Shown: one piece after another, positions 9,477-18,845 of the stretch
Layout: every line of letters starts with the position of its first letter
Position numbering within the stretch: position 1 is the first letter of the stretch
Assembly (NCBI GenBank): GCA_016181765.1
Contig: JACOYR010000001.1
Coordinates: 16,847-80,846 of the forward strand
Source: Parcubacteria group bacterium
GTDB taxonomy: Bacteria; Patescibacteriota; Patescibacteriia; UBA2169
Direction of reading: 5' to 3'
DNA length: 64,000 bases
Notes under the pieces: model-generated
What the model was told of the DNA's origin: nothing
The model's database searches: none
The model's input: the letters and a program-made list of their open reading frames with translations, nothing else
Translations under genes and position numbers: made by a program

Positions 9477-10160
9477 CCCCCCGAAGAACTGCTCAATGGC
9501 GCGGGCTTTTTCCTCGCTCTCGGCCTCGCGCACCTCGTCAATGAGCTTTTGTTCGTCTTCTTTGTCCCCGGCCTGGATGCGCTTCCAGCGCTCTTCGCCC
9601 GCAAGCGATCGGATCTCGCCGATGACGCGGTGCAAATCCTGCTCCGAGAACTGGCGCGGCGCAAGCGTTACCATAAACTCCTGCTGGGTCTTTAAGATGA
9701 GCTTCTGGATGGCGGCGGGATCTTTAATCTGCCCGAGCTCCACCTTCTCAAAGCTGCCCGGGGTGAGGTACAGGGTGCCCACGTTGATCAGGTTCTGCAG
9801 GATGCCCTTGCGCCGATAGGTGACATCATATATCTTGTCCAAGTCAATCTGGGACACCATGCGGTCCAGAATGCCGTTCTGGCGGATGATGACCACGCGC
9901 TTGCTGGTGATGCCGATGATGCCGTAGTACCACCTCCGCCAGGTGCGGTAGAGCCAGAATGTCCCGGAGAGGAATAGGAGCCCCAGGAGCACGCTCCCAA
10001 GCGTGCCCCAGGTAAGGAATAAATACAGGAAAAAAAACGGCGAAAGAAAGAGGAGGAATCCGCCGATACACTGCCAAAAGTACACGAGCCAAAACTCGTG
10101 GTACACGCCGCGCACGTCCTCGTCGTCATCCAGGTTCTTGATGACTTTCCTAATATCCAT
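9474..10160 (-). CDS. Membrane protein with bacterial PH (bPH_2-like) domain
   Basis: Two TMs followed by ITSKRVV...QIDLDKIYDVT...NVGTL pattern. Confidence 0.75.
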   Translation of the reverse strand: MDIRKVIKNLDDDEDVRGVYHEFWLVYFWQCIGGFLLFLSPFFFLYLFLTWGTLGSVLLGLLFLSGTFWLYRTWRRWYYGIIGITSKRVVIIRQNGILDRMVSQIDLDKIYDVTYRRKGILQNLINVGTLYLTPGSFEKVELGQIKDPAAIQKLILKTQQEFMVTLAPRQFSEQDLHRVIGEIRSLAGEERWKRIQAGDKEDEQKLIDEVREAESEEKARAIEQFFGG

Positions 10161-10254
10161 ATCCGCGGTACAAGAACGGAAGGATGACGAACGAGAACCC
10201 CACGATGAGCGTGATGATGGTCCAGATGATTTTGATGATGGTTTTGCGCTTCAT
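10150..10254 (-). CDS. 34-aa single-TM small protein
   Basis: MKRKTIIKIIWTIITLIVGFSFVILPFLYRGYGY*; starts 1 nt after the lepA stop and overlaps the next start. Confidence 0.7.
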   Translation of the reverse strand: MKRKTIIKIIWTIITLIVGFSFVILPFLYRGYGY

Positions 10255-10255
10255 A

Positions 10256-12022
10256 TTATCGCTTTAATACCTCCAAAAACGCTTTGGCCGGAATCTCAAC
10301 TTTCCCGAATGAGGTCATGCGCTTTTTGCCTTTTTTCTGCTTTTCCAAAAGCTTGCGCTTGCGCGTAACATCCCCGCCGTACAAGCCTTTGGTGACATCC
10401 TTGCGCAGGGCGCTGATGCGCTCCGCGGCAATGATCTTGGCGCCGATGGCTGCCTGGAGCTTTATCACGAACTGCTGTTTAGGAATCAGATCTTTGAGTT
10501 TTGCGACCATGCGCTTGCCGGTCTCGTAGGCATCATCCCTGCTCACCAAAATACTGAACGCTTCCACCACCTCTTCGGCAACCCAGATATCAAGCCGCAC
10601 GATGTCCGCTTTGCGGTAATCTTTGAGCTCGTAGTTTAAGGACGCGTACCCGCTGGATGCGCTCTTTAGTGTATCATAAAAATCCGTGATTAAACCAGCG
10701 AGCGGAATCTCAAAATGCAAGACCACGCGCGTCTCATCTAAATACTCGGTGTTACCGAACAAGCCGTGCCGCTCCTGTACCAAGGACATCAATCCGCCCA
10801 CGTACGCTTTGGGAGCCACGATTTCGGCTTTGACCCAAGGCTCCCGGATTTCCACTATTTTTGACGGGTCCGGAAGTTCCTGCGGAGAGTGGATGGTAAC
10901 CGCGCCGTTGCTTGCGAGCTTGACTTCGTAGGCCACCGAGGGGGTGGTGATGACCAGGCGCAGCCCATGCTCGCGCTTTAAGCGCTCCGCAAGAATTTCC
11001 ATGTGCAGCATGCCCAAGAACCCGCACCGATACCCGAACCCAAGAGCCTTGGACTGCTCCTGCTCAAACTGCAAAGCCGCGTCCTGGAGGCTGATTTCCT
11101 CCATGCCGTCCCGCAGTTTGGGGTACTCGTCCCCGGATTCCGGAAAAATGCCGGCAAACACCATGGGCTTTACCTCTTTGTACCCAGGGAGGGCGCTTGC
11201 CTTGTCTTTTGCGAGCGTGACCGTGTCCCCGACCCGCGCGTGCCCCACCTCCTTGAAGCCCGTGACAATGTACCCGATTTCGCCGGCAATGAGTTCAGGC
11301 TTGGGGTTGAATTTGGGCTTGAACGTGCCCACCTCCAGGGCGTGCGTGTCCCGCTTGGAACTAATGAGATGAATGACATCCCCTTTTTTGATGGCGCCGT
11401 TTACGATGCGCACGTACGCAACCACCCCGCGGTAGTCATCGTACAGTGAATCAAAAATCAGGGCTTGAGTTTTGTCGCTTTTTGTTTCAGGAGCCGGAAC
11501 GCGCTTGATGACTTCATCTAAAAGCTCTTTTACGCCCTGGCCGGTTTTGCCGCTTGCGAGCAGAATTTCGTCTGCTTTGACTCCCAGGAGTTTGACCAGC
11601 TCCTGCGTAACTTTCTCTACATCAGCTGCGGGCAAATCAATTTTGTTGATGACCGGAATGATGGCAAGATTCTGGTCAATGGCAAGGTAGAGGTTTGCGA
11701 GGGTCTGCGCTTCCACGCCTTGGGACGCGTCAACGAGCAAGATCGCTCCCTCAACGGCCTGCAAAGACCGCGACACTTCATAACTGAAGTCAACGTGCCC
11801 CGGCGTATCAATCAAATTCAAAATATATCCCTCGTACTCCATGCGCACGGGCTGGAGCTTGATGGTGATGCCGCGCTCCCGCTCCAGCTCCATCTGATCC
11901 AGCATCTGGTCTTTCATGTCCCGCTTGGACACGGTGTGCGTCAGCTCCAAAAACCTATCCGCGAGCGTGGATTTGCCGTGGTCAATGTGGGCGATGATGC
12001 AAAAATTCCGTATGTCCTGCAT
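10256..12022 (-). CDS. lepA: Elongation factor 4
   Basis: IRNFCIIAHIDHGKSTLADR, DTPGHVDF, GFLGMLHMEI, LYGGDVTRKRKLLEKQK. Confidence 0.98.
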   Translation of the reverse strand: MQDIRNFCIIAHIDHGKSTLADRFLELTHTVSKRDMKDQMLDQMELERERGITIKLQPVRMEYEGYILNLIDTPGHVDFSYEVSRSLQAVEGAILLVDASQGVEAQTLANLYLAIDQNLAIIPVINKIDLPAADVEKVTQELVKLLGVKADEILLASGKTGQGVKELLDEVIKRVPAPETKSDKTQALIFDSLYDDYRGVVAYVRIVNGAIKKGDVIHLISSKRDTHALEVGTFKPKFNPKPELIAGEIGYIVTGFKEVGHARVGDTVTLAKDKASALPGYKEVKPMVFAGIFPESGDEYPKLRDGMEEISLQDAALQFEQEQSKALGFGYRCGFLGMLHMEILAERLKREHGLRLVITTPSVAYEVKLASNGAVTIHSPQELPDPSKIVEIREPWVKAEIVAPKAYVGGLMSLVQERHGLFGNTEYLDETRVVLHFEIPLAGLITDFYDTLKSASSGYASLNYELKDYRKADIVRLDIWVAEEVVEAFSILVSRDDAYETGKRMVAKLKDLIPKQQFVIKLQAAIGAKIIAAERISALRKDVTKGLYGGDVTRKRKLLEKQKKGKKRMTSFGKVEIPAKAFLEVLKR

Positions 12023-12168
12023 GGTTTGAAGTATAATGGAAAGCCCGGGTTTGGGCAACAAAAACACCTTGACACACGCATCACGGCGGAGTAACGTGGT
12101 ATCTGTTCGCAACGCACCTTTAGTTTCCGCACATTCACCACACCCCCCCTGCCAAAAAGGAGGAAGTG

Positions 12169-12429
12169 ATGGAACAGTTGTTAACGCCTTTGGCCAGGAT
12201 TCGCCTGGCTTGTGCCCTGGGACTTCGCTCGGCGGCCCTGGACTACCTGCCTGCTGAACTGGGGTTCTTGGACACCAACGAAGGAGCCGCTGTCTCTGAC
12301 GTGTACGCGCTCCGGCAAGCGAGCAAACACGGCCTTGACCTCTCCACGCTCACGTGGCCCGTGCCCAACGAGGACAGCTTCGTGGCTGCGTGCCGCCACA
12401 GCGCGGCCATAGAGGCTGCCTCGGCGTAA
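12169..12429 (+). CDS. Orphan hypothetical protein (cassette)
   Basis: TTGACA promoter at ~12069, SD AGGAGG, GC hairpin plus T-run at ~12470-12512. Confidence 0.6.
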   Translation: MEQLLTPLARIRLACALGLRSAALDYLPAELGFLDTNEGAAVSDVYALRQASKHGLDLSTLTWPVPNEDSFVAACRHSAAIEAASA

Positions 12430-12578
12430 GCCGGAGAGCGCTCATCCAGGGCGCAATCGCACCCCAACCCAGAGCCCTGCCCCTCCTCGCAGGACGGGCA
12501 CGGTCTTTTTTATCCACACCGCACTTGCACCCGGTGCCTGCGCTTGACATCAAATAATCATGGAATTACAATAAAAAT

Positions 12579-12833
12579 ATGGAAACAGGAGCGCAAAAAA
12601 ATTATTCCTATTCGGTTTTTTACGAAGCCGCTCCAGAAGGCGGCTATGTTGCGTTTGTCCCCTCTTTGCCGGGTTGCCACACCCAGGGAGAAACCCTGGA
12701 AGAAGCGGAAGCCAATATTAAAGAAGCCATTGAAGCCTATTTGGAAAGCATGGCAGGCTCGGGCGCGCCGCTTCCTGCAGAAACGAAATCATTCCAGGGA
12801 GTCGTAAACGTTCCGTTCTCGGTCCGCGCCTAA
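12579..12833 (+). CDS. hicB: HicB-family antitoxin
   Basis: GGYVAFVPSLPGCHTQGETLEEAEANIKEAIEAY. Confidence 0.92.
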   Translation: METGAQKNYSYSVFYEAAPEGGYVAFVPSLPGCHTQGETLEEAEANIKEAIEAYLESMAGSGAPLPAETKSFQGVVNVPFSVRA

Positions 12834-12838
12834 ATACT

Positions 12839-13066
12839 ATGCCGTACCTGCCCTCGCTTTCCGCCAGGGACGTGGTCCGAGCGCTCAAACAAGCGGGATT
12901 CGTGGAAGATCGCCAAAAAGGGAGCCACCTTGTTTTGGTTCATCCGCAGTCAAAGGCGCGCACCGTGGTACCCTTGCATGCGGGAAGATCCATCAAAAAA
13001 TCGCTCCTACATGCCATCATCGCAGACGCGGGGCTGACCCCTGAAACATTCAAAAACCTGCTCTAG
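12839..13066 (+). CDS. hicA: HicA-family mRNA interferase toxin
   Basis: GFVEDRQKGSHLVL...TVVPLH. Confidence 0.92.
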   Translation: MPYLPSLSARDVVRALKQAGFVEDRQKGSHLVLVHPQSKARTVVPLHAGRSIKKSLLHAIIADAGLTPETFKNLL

Positions 13067-13129
13067 CCAAAAACCGCCGCCAAGGCGGATTTTTGATAGT
13101 GTGGATGCTTCTTTATGGAACAGAATTCA

Positions 13130-14671
13130 TCACACCCGCATCTCCTCCAGTTTCACCAGCTTCCCTAAGCCCACATACACAAGCAGGCCAACGCTGCCCG
13201 CAACAGAGGCCTGTACCATCAACCCTAAGCCGGTATGCGTATCAACGTAGGGCGCCGCGATGACGAGCGTACTATACAGCGCCCAGCCCGCAATGACCGA
13301 AGCGAGCGTGATTTTCATAGTTGATGAAAACACGCGGCTATCATCCAGGTCCCCGAGCCGCTTGCGCAGCAAGAGCCAGAGCGCGAGCATGTTCAAAACG
13401 CTCGCAATGGAAAACCCGAGCCCGAGCCCGGCAACGCCCATGGCCGCAGACAGCGTGATGGAGAGGTAGATGTTGAGGCCAAGCGAGAGCACGCTCACGA
13501 TGACCGGGGTCTTGGTGTCCTGCAAAGCGTAGAACACGCGCGCAATGAGCGGAATCAGGCTCTGCGCAAATAACGAAATAGCGAAAAACGACAATGTGCG
13601 CGCCGTAAGAATGGTGGCATCCCAATCAAACTCGCCTGCGCCGAGCACCAGCCGGACAATGTGCGCGCGCAAAAGGATGATGAAGATGGATGACGGAATG
13701 GCGATGGACAGGATGCGGCGCATTGCTTTGGAAAATGACTGGATGAGGTGGGGCACGTCTTTTTTGACCCATGCCTCGCTGAACAGGGGAAAATACACGA
13801 GCGCCACCGGAATCGCGAAAATGCCGATAGGCACGTTCTGGAGGTTGTTTGCCGCGTTGAAAATGGCAACTGACCCGATTGCCAATGTTGAGCCGATGAT
13901 GGTGGACACCACCTGGTTGATCTGGCTGATGGCGAGGCCAAAGGTGCGCGGCAGCATGAGCAGCCCGATTTTCCACACGCCCCGCATGCGCCAATTGATT
14001 TTAAATGAGTATTTGAAGCCGAGGCTTGATAAGGACGGGAACTGCACGAGGAAGTGCAGGAACGCGCCCAAAACCACGCCCCAGGCAAGCCCCTCAATGC
14101 CGAACATGGGCACCAGAACCGTAATGCCGAGGATTATGCCGATGTTGTACATTACGGGCGCGACCGCGAACGCGGTAAACCGCTTGAACGCATTTAAGAT
14201 GCTTGAGGCGATGTTGGAGAGCCCCAAAAACAGGATGCCGATGAGCATGATGCGCGTGAGCTCCGCGGTTGCGATGCGTTTCTGGAGATCAAACCCGGGC
14301 GCAATGATGCTGATGAGCTCCGGGGCAAAGTAAAACGCCAAAAGCCCGAGCCCCACCATGGCGATGAGGATGATGTTGAGCACGGAATTCGCGATTTTCC
14401 AGGCGTCTTGCTTGTTCTTGTGCCAGTACTCCAAGAACACCGGAATGAATGCGGCCGACAATGCGCCCAAGACCAGGGTGTTAAAAATGAGGTCCGGCAG
14501 GCGGAATGCCGCATAGTACGTATCAAGCGTGTCCCCGGCTCCGAAGGTTGAGAACAAGAGCCTATCCCGCACCAGCCCGAGGCCCCGCGAGAACAAGGAA
14601 AAGAAGGCAATGATGATAGCCCCGCCGGTTGCGGTGGTGGTGAGCTTGTTTTTGAATGATTTTACGGTCAT
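13130..14671 (-). CDS. murJ: Lipid II flippase MurJ
   Basis: SRGLGLVRD, AAFRLPDLIF, GALSAAFIPVF, RVFYALQDTKTP. Confidence 0.95.
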   Translation of the reverse strand: MTVKSFKNKLTTTATGGAIIIAFFSLFSRGLGLVRDRLLFSTFGAGDTLDTYYAAFRLPDLIFNTLVLGALSAAFIPVFLEYWHKNKQDAWKIANSVLNIILIAMVGLGLLAFYFAPELISIIAPGFDLQKRIATAELTRIMLIGILFLGLSNIASSILNAFKRFTAFAVAPVMYNIGIILGITVLVPMFGIEGLAWGVVLGAFLHFLVQFPSLSSLGFKYSFKINWRMRGVWKIGLLMLPRTFGLAISQINQVVSTIIGSTLAIGSVAIFNAANNLQNVPIGIFAIPVALVYFPLFSEAWVKKDVPHLIQSFSKAMRRILSIAIPSSIFIILLRAHIVRLVLGAGEFDWDATILTARTLSFFAISLFAQSLIPLIARVFYALQDTKTPVIVSVLSLGLNIYLSITLSAAMGVAGLGLGFSIASVLNMLALWLLLRKRLGDLDDSRVFSSTMKITLASVIAGWALYSTLVIAAPYVDTHTGLGLMVQASVAGSVGLLVYVGLGKLVKLEEMRV

Positions 14672-14814
14672 TGCGAGCGGCCTTTCTTGTGTCATTGCGA
14701 GGGAGTAGCGGCGTGGACGCTCCTTGGCGGCCGCGACGCTTTCCTCTCAAGCGTCCACGCCCCCAAAGAGGGTCGAGGCCGCCCTTTTATGCCTTATTCT
14801 ACCATATTTTTTGA

Positions 14815-15096
14815 GCAAAAAAAAGAAGGCGCAGCGTCTATCTCCCGAACTTCTGTGGGATAACAGACTGCATGCGCCTTGGCGATTTATAGCGCGGAGC
14901 CATCCGCGGTGCGATATTTTTTAGGTACTTCGCATGTACTGCCTCCTTTCGGATTCCTTATCCGCGCCATGGCCGACGCTTTTTGGGCCATGGCTGCGGA
15001 CACACTTTGCGTGTCAGGCTCAAGGCCCCTGCCGGATGTTCCGGCGCGGCTCTAAGCCTGGGGTCGCGCGTCGCCGGAGCGGCGAGGCGCGGTGGG
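14815..15096 (-). ncRNA. Candidate structured 3' trailer RNA ending in an intrinsic terminator
   Basis: Run of consecutive hairpins (e.g. 14961-15000, 14-bp stem; GAAA-loop hairpin) then AAGGCGCA...TGCGCCTT plus T-run. Confidence 0.45.
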
Positions 15097-15612
15097 TCAG
15101 GCGGCTACGATGTGCAAGTGGGGACGGCCGTTCTTGCCCCCCTTGACCACCTTCTGACGGGGCCCGAAGGTGTTCGCGGCGAACGCCTTTGCCGCAACGA
15201 GCTTGCGCTCGTGCTCCGCGGCTGCGAGGCGCTTCTCCTCGGCCTTGGCCGCGCGATCCTCGTCCCGGAGGGACTCGTTGCGCCGCCGAGAGCCAAGCTC
15301 GTCGATCTGCCGGGTGGTGAGCTTGAGATCCGGCACGCACCCAGCCTCCTTCAGGAGAGCGAGGTGCTCATCGCATAGGAAGCCGCCAGCCTCCTCGATG
15401 TCGAGGAGCCCCGCCTGGTGCAGAGGCTTCGCGAGCCTCGGCAGACGGTGGAGCACCACGTTCGACGCCAGGTGCACCGGGATGGCGCACCCGCACGGCG
15501 GCGTCGACAGGTCGTCCGGATTCTCGCGGAACCCGCAGTGCACATGCGTGATCTCGGTCCTTTCGGGACCGGCCATAATCTCCCGCACGTACTCCTTCTG
15601 TTCCTTTGCCAT
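15097..15612 (-). CDS. Orphan protein with His/Cys motifs and basic coiled-coil tail
   Basis: SD AGGAG; HVHCG, CGC and CDEH motifs; GC-rich codon usage; own promoter at 15853-15881. Confidence 0.65.
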   Translation of the reverse strand: MAKEQKEYVREIMAGPERTEITHVHCGFRENPDDLSTPPCGCAIPVHLASNVVLHRLPRLAKPLHQAGLLDIEEAGGFLCDEHLALLKEAGCVPDLKLTTRQIDELGSRRRNESLRDEDRAAKAEEKRLAAAEHERKLVAAKAFAANTFGPRQKVVKGGKNGRPHLHIVAA

Positions 15613-15663
15613 CTCGTGCATCTCCTGCGTGAGAAAGTGAACCGCATGCAAGGCAACAGGATG

Positions 15664-15818
15664 TTGCCAAGACTAAACTGGAGGTCAGGGTGGGGATGGG
15701 TTTATATAATTGGCCCTCCCATATAAACCCTGGGGCTAGATGGCAAATCCACACTGCCTTACGGCACTATGGTCCTAAAAGGCGCCATCAGCACATCCCT
15801 CCAGACTAGTCCTGGCAA
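15664..15818 (-). ncRNA. Candidate structured 5' leader RNA
   Basis: 21-position closing stem with 2 G-U pairs and 1 mismatch, enclosing GATGGC/GCCATC, TGCC-GTAA-GGCA and GGGTTTATAT/ATATAAACCC helices. Confidence 0.55.
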
Positions 15819-15852
15819 GAAGTAAATGAACGGTTTTTGATTACAAGGGGGT

Positions 15853-15881
15853 ATTATAGCACAAATCAAAAAACCTGTCAA
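15853..15881 (-). promoter_or_regulatory. Sigma70 promoter
   Basis: TTGACA-17 nt-TATAAT with extended -10 TG. Confidence 0.8.
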
Positions 15882-15923
15882 GGGTCTTTGGCAGGGTGCT
15901 TTTTTAGGCTAAAAATGGGCTAA

Positions 15924-15961
15924 AACCACCCCCTAGCCCCCTCCTTGGCAAGGAGGGGGAA
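15924..15961. repeat. CCCCTCCTT-AAGGAGGGG hairpin repeat, copy 1
   Basis: Near-identical copies at 35046-35083, 46110-46147 and 53539-53574. Confidence 0.8.
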
Positions 15962-16001
15962 GTAGATAGGCAAACCCGCTCCTGAATACAGGAGCGGGAA
16001 T

Positions 16002-18836
16002 CTAATCATCAAATGAGACTGCAAAACCGGTATCTGATGACAAGTCGCCCTCAAACACGGTTAATCCCGGGCCGAGCACAGACACTTCCCCGTCACCCGC
16101 TGCCTTGCTCCATGAAACTGACCAATTGGAGGGGTAGCGCAGCGCCATTGAATACGGAATCGGCCGAGCGCCGGCTTGTTTCTGCATGATCAGGGAGTAG
16201 CCGGTTCTGGTGTTCGGATTCAGCAAATCATACGGCTTAATTTTGAACGGCAGTTTGTATTTGATTTTCGCCACAACCACAGCGCCAGGAGCAACCTGCA
16301 GCCAGTTGCCGAACACGGTCTTGCCGAACTCGCGGGTGATGCGCGTGCCGCTCGCCTCATCAATGATCACCTTGCCTTCAATGCGAGCAAGCTCTTCATC
16401 GTCCTGGTAATATACCTGCGGAGTTTCAAATAAATTTGATGCCGGCGCTTTGGTTCCGGTAAATGAAACAAGCTCGCTGCCATCGGGGGCGTACACGCGC
16501 ACATAGTCCACGTTGTTTACGCCGGTGAACGCATCACCAAGGTCCCCGCGGTGCTCGCGGATGATGGTGAGTTCTGTTGTGGCCCTGCCTTCATCATCAA
16601 TCACCACTTCCTGGCTCCAGGATTCACTGATCACCCCGTCGGTCTTGCCGCCGCCGATGTTCGCGTGGACCACGGAGAGGTAATCCGTGCTCGCGGATGC
16701 AATGCCCGGCTGCCAGCCCCGGGCTCTGAACGACTCGTTTGCCTCCTGGTCCGCAAAGTAGAGCAGAATGTTCTTTTGGCTGATTTCAGACCTGATGAGC
16801 CCGAGGAGTTCAAGCGCGCGTTCCCCGCTTGAGGCGAGCACGGATTCCAGGACGCGCGGCAATAATTCCCCGATGTACGCCTTTGGCTTGTTCTCTTCTT
16901 TATCATACTCAAGCTCAACCGCAGTTTGGATTTCGGAAATCACGTTTTCGCTGGTAAGCGTTACCCCCTGCTCCGGGAATGCCACGGGCCCGGTGATTGC
17001 CAAGAGCTTTTCCAGGGTGGTTGCCTGCACCGCAATCACCCCGTCCACCGTGGAGTAGCCGGCGTGCTCCAAAAACCAGACGACCTTTGCGGCGCTCGTT
17101 GGCCAGTCCGGGTACCAGTTCGCATCCTGCAGTTCCCAGCGGGCATTGATGAGGGAGAGCGGCTTTGGGGCTTTGACATGCTCCGAGAGATAGCCTTGGA
17201 AATCGTATGCCCCGCCGCCCGGAACCTCTATGTTCACAACCTGCCCGCCGGAAATATCCACGAACGCGAGGCTGCCGATGAACCCGCCCGCCGGGCGCAG
17301 CTCATTGTTGTTCTGGAAGAGCACGGCATAGCGCTTGAGCTCGCGTTCCCCGAGGAGCGTGGAGACTGTGCCCGTAAGCTGGAGCGTATCCTGGATCGCC
17401 GCATTCACGCGGGGCAGTGCCTCGGATGCAGCTGAAAATTTTTCGCGGTACTCTTCGGGCACGGCATTTGGGCTGACTGCCGAGAGGTGCGCTTCTGCGC
17501 TTGCCAAATGCGGCAGAGCGGCCTGGAGCGCTGAACTCAAGCTTGCGAGTGTTTCGGTCGGGCGTTCTCCCGCGCCCAAAGCGCGCGCTGCTTCCTCCAG
17601 GTACTGCCCGGCCTGGGCAAGCTCATCTCCGGCGCCGATCGCGTGCACGCCATCCTGGCCGGCCGGCAAAACTTCCACGAGCGCGCGCAAGGGTGCATTG
17701 AGGGAATCCAGGCTCTGCCGCGCCTGCTCAAAATTCGTCCTTGCCGCGGCAAGGTCCAGAAGGGCGATATTCTGGTAGCCTTCCTTGGTGGCTCCGAGGA
17801 CCGATCCGCGCAGAAAGCTTATTTTTTCTGGAGCAGTCTCTAAAAACTTAACCGGCAACATCACGAACATGCCGATGAGGGCAAACGCCGCGAGCTTGCG
17901 GTAGAGGTGTTGCGGCGGGCGCGCGAACACGGAAAAATAATTGATAACTGCCTCTGCCGCGGCTTTGCCCGAACCCGCCGCAAGCAAGCCGAGAGCGCTG
18001 ACCGCGCGGTAGACTCCGGCAACGCCGAGCGTCACGAGCTTGATGGGCACCACGAGCACTGCTTTGGCCACTGCGATGAGCGTAAAAAACGCCTGCTGGA
18101 TTGCCCACGACACGAATCGGGCCGCTGCCCGGACCACGCTCTTGCTGCCCTTGTTTCCCGCCTCTATGAGGGAGAGGAGCACGGTACACGCAAGCAAAAA
18201 TCCGAGCGGAATGGAAAGTACGAATTCAAACAGCCAGCGTATGGTTGCGAAAAAGGCGCGTATCACCCCGGCGCTCGTGCGGTCCATTATTTCCGAAAAT
18301 GCGACAGGTTTTTGCTTTGCCCTGTGCTTTGATTTGCTTTTCCTCCCCAAGAGGTCAACCGTAACCCGGCCTGCGGCGTTTTTGTACGTTTCCGCGGCCT
18401 GGCTGCGCAAGCGCGCAACCTCCTTCTGCCACCGGGGATTGTCCGGAAGCACGCGGCTTGCGCTGCTTTTGCGGGCGGCCTGCTTGGGCGCGGCTTGTGC
18501 CCCTTTCTCCCACTCCCCGAGCAGGCGCACCACGTGCGGGGAGCGCGTGTTTTCGCCGTGGCGCACAGCCAGGACGTACGAGGGCGCGGCAGGCTTCTCT
18601 CTGCTTGGGGCCTTTAGGGCGCTCTCTTGTGCGGGCGCGGGCGCTTCCGTGGGCATGGTGCTCCTCGGTGCGCGTCGGTGTTCGTACCCGCGCTTGGTTA
18701 CCAGAGCCTCGTAATCGTCGTGGTGGATCACCTTTTTGGTGATTGAAAAATCAAGATTGTCCTTGGCCTCCCGGGCAATTTTCCGTGATGACAGCGATTT
18801 TGATTTTAGCGGAGTTTTGTTTTCTTTTTTGGGCAT
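16002..18836 (-). CDS. DUF4012 domain membrane-anchored protein
   Basis: YAVLFQNNNELRPAGGFIGS, DANWYPDWPTSA, DYLSVVHANIGGGKTD, YVRVYAP; adjacent to glycosyltransferases. Confidence 0.88.
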   Translation of the reverse strand: MPKKENKTPLKSKSLSSRKIAREAKDNLDFSITKKVIHHDDYEALVTKRGYEHRRAPRSTMPTEAPAPAQESALKAPSREKPAAPSYVLAVRHGENTRSPHVVRLLGEWEKGAQAAPKQAARKSSASRVLPDNPRWQKEVARLRSQAAETYKNAAGRVTVDLLGRKSKSKHRAKQKPVAFSEIMDRTSAGVIRAFFATIRWLFEFVLSIPLGFLLACTVLLSLIEAGNKGSKSVVRAAARFVSWAIQQAFFTLIAVAKAVLVVPIKLVTLGVAGVYRAVSALGLLAAGSGKAAAEAVINYFSVFARPPQHLYRKLAAFALIGMFVMLPVKFLETAPEKISFLRGSVLGATKEGYQNIALLDLAAARTNFEQARQSLDSLNAPLRALVEVLPAGQDGVHAIGAGDELAQAGQYLEEAARALGAGERPTETLASLSSALQAALPHLASAEAHLSAVSPNAVPEEYREKFSAASEALPRVNAAIQDTLQLTGTVSTLLGERELKRYAVLFQNNNELRPAGGFIGSLAFVDISGGQVVNIEVPGGGAYDFQGYLSEHVKAPKPLSLINARWELQDANWYPDWPTSAAKVVWFLEHAGYSTVDGVIAVQATTLEKLLAITGPVAFPEQGVTLTSENVISEIQTAVELEYDKEENKPKAYIGELLPRVLESVLASSGERALELLGLIRSEISQKNILLYFADQEANESFRARGWQPGIASASTDYLSVVHANIGGGKTDGVISESWSQEVVIDDEGRATTELTIIREHRGDLGDAFTGVNNVDYVRVYAPDGSELVSFTGTKAPASNLFETPQVYYQDDEELARIEGKVIIDEASGTRITREFGKTVFGNWLQVAPGAVVVAKIKYKLPFKIKPYDLLNPNTRTGYSLIMQKQAGARPIPYSMALRYPSNWSVSWSKAAGDGEVSVLGPGLTVFEGDLSSDTGFAVSFDD

Positions 18837-18845
18837 GTGCGGTGA

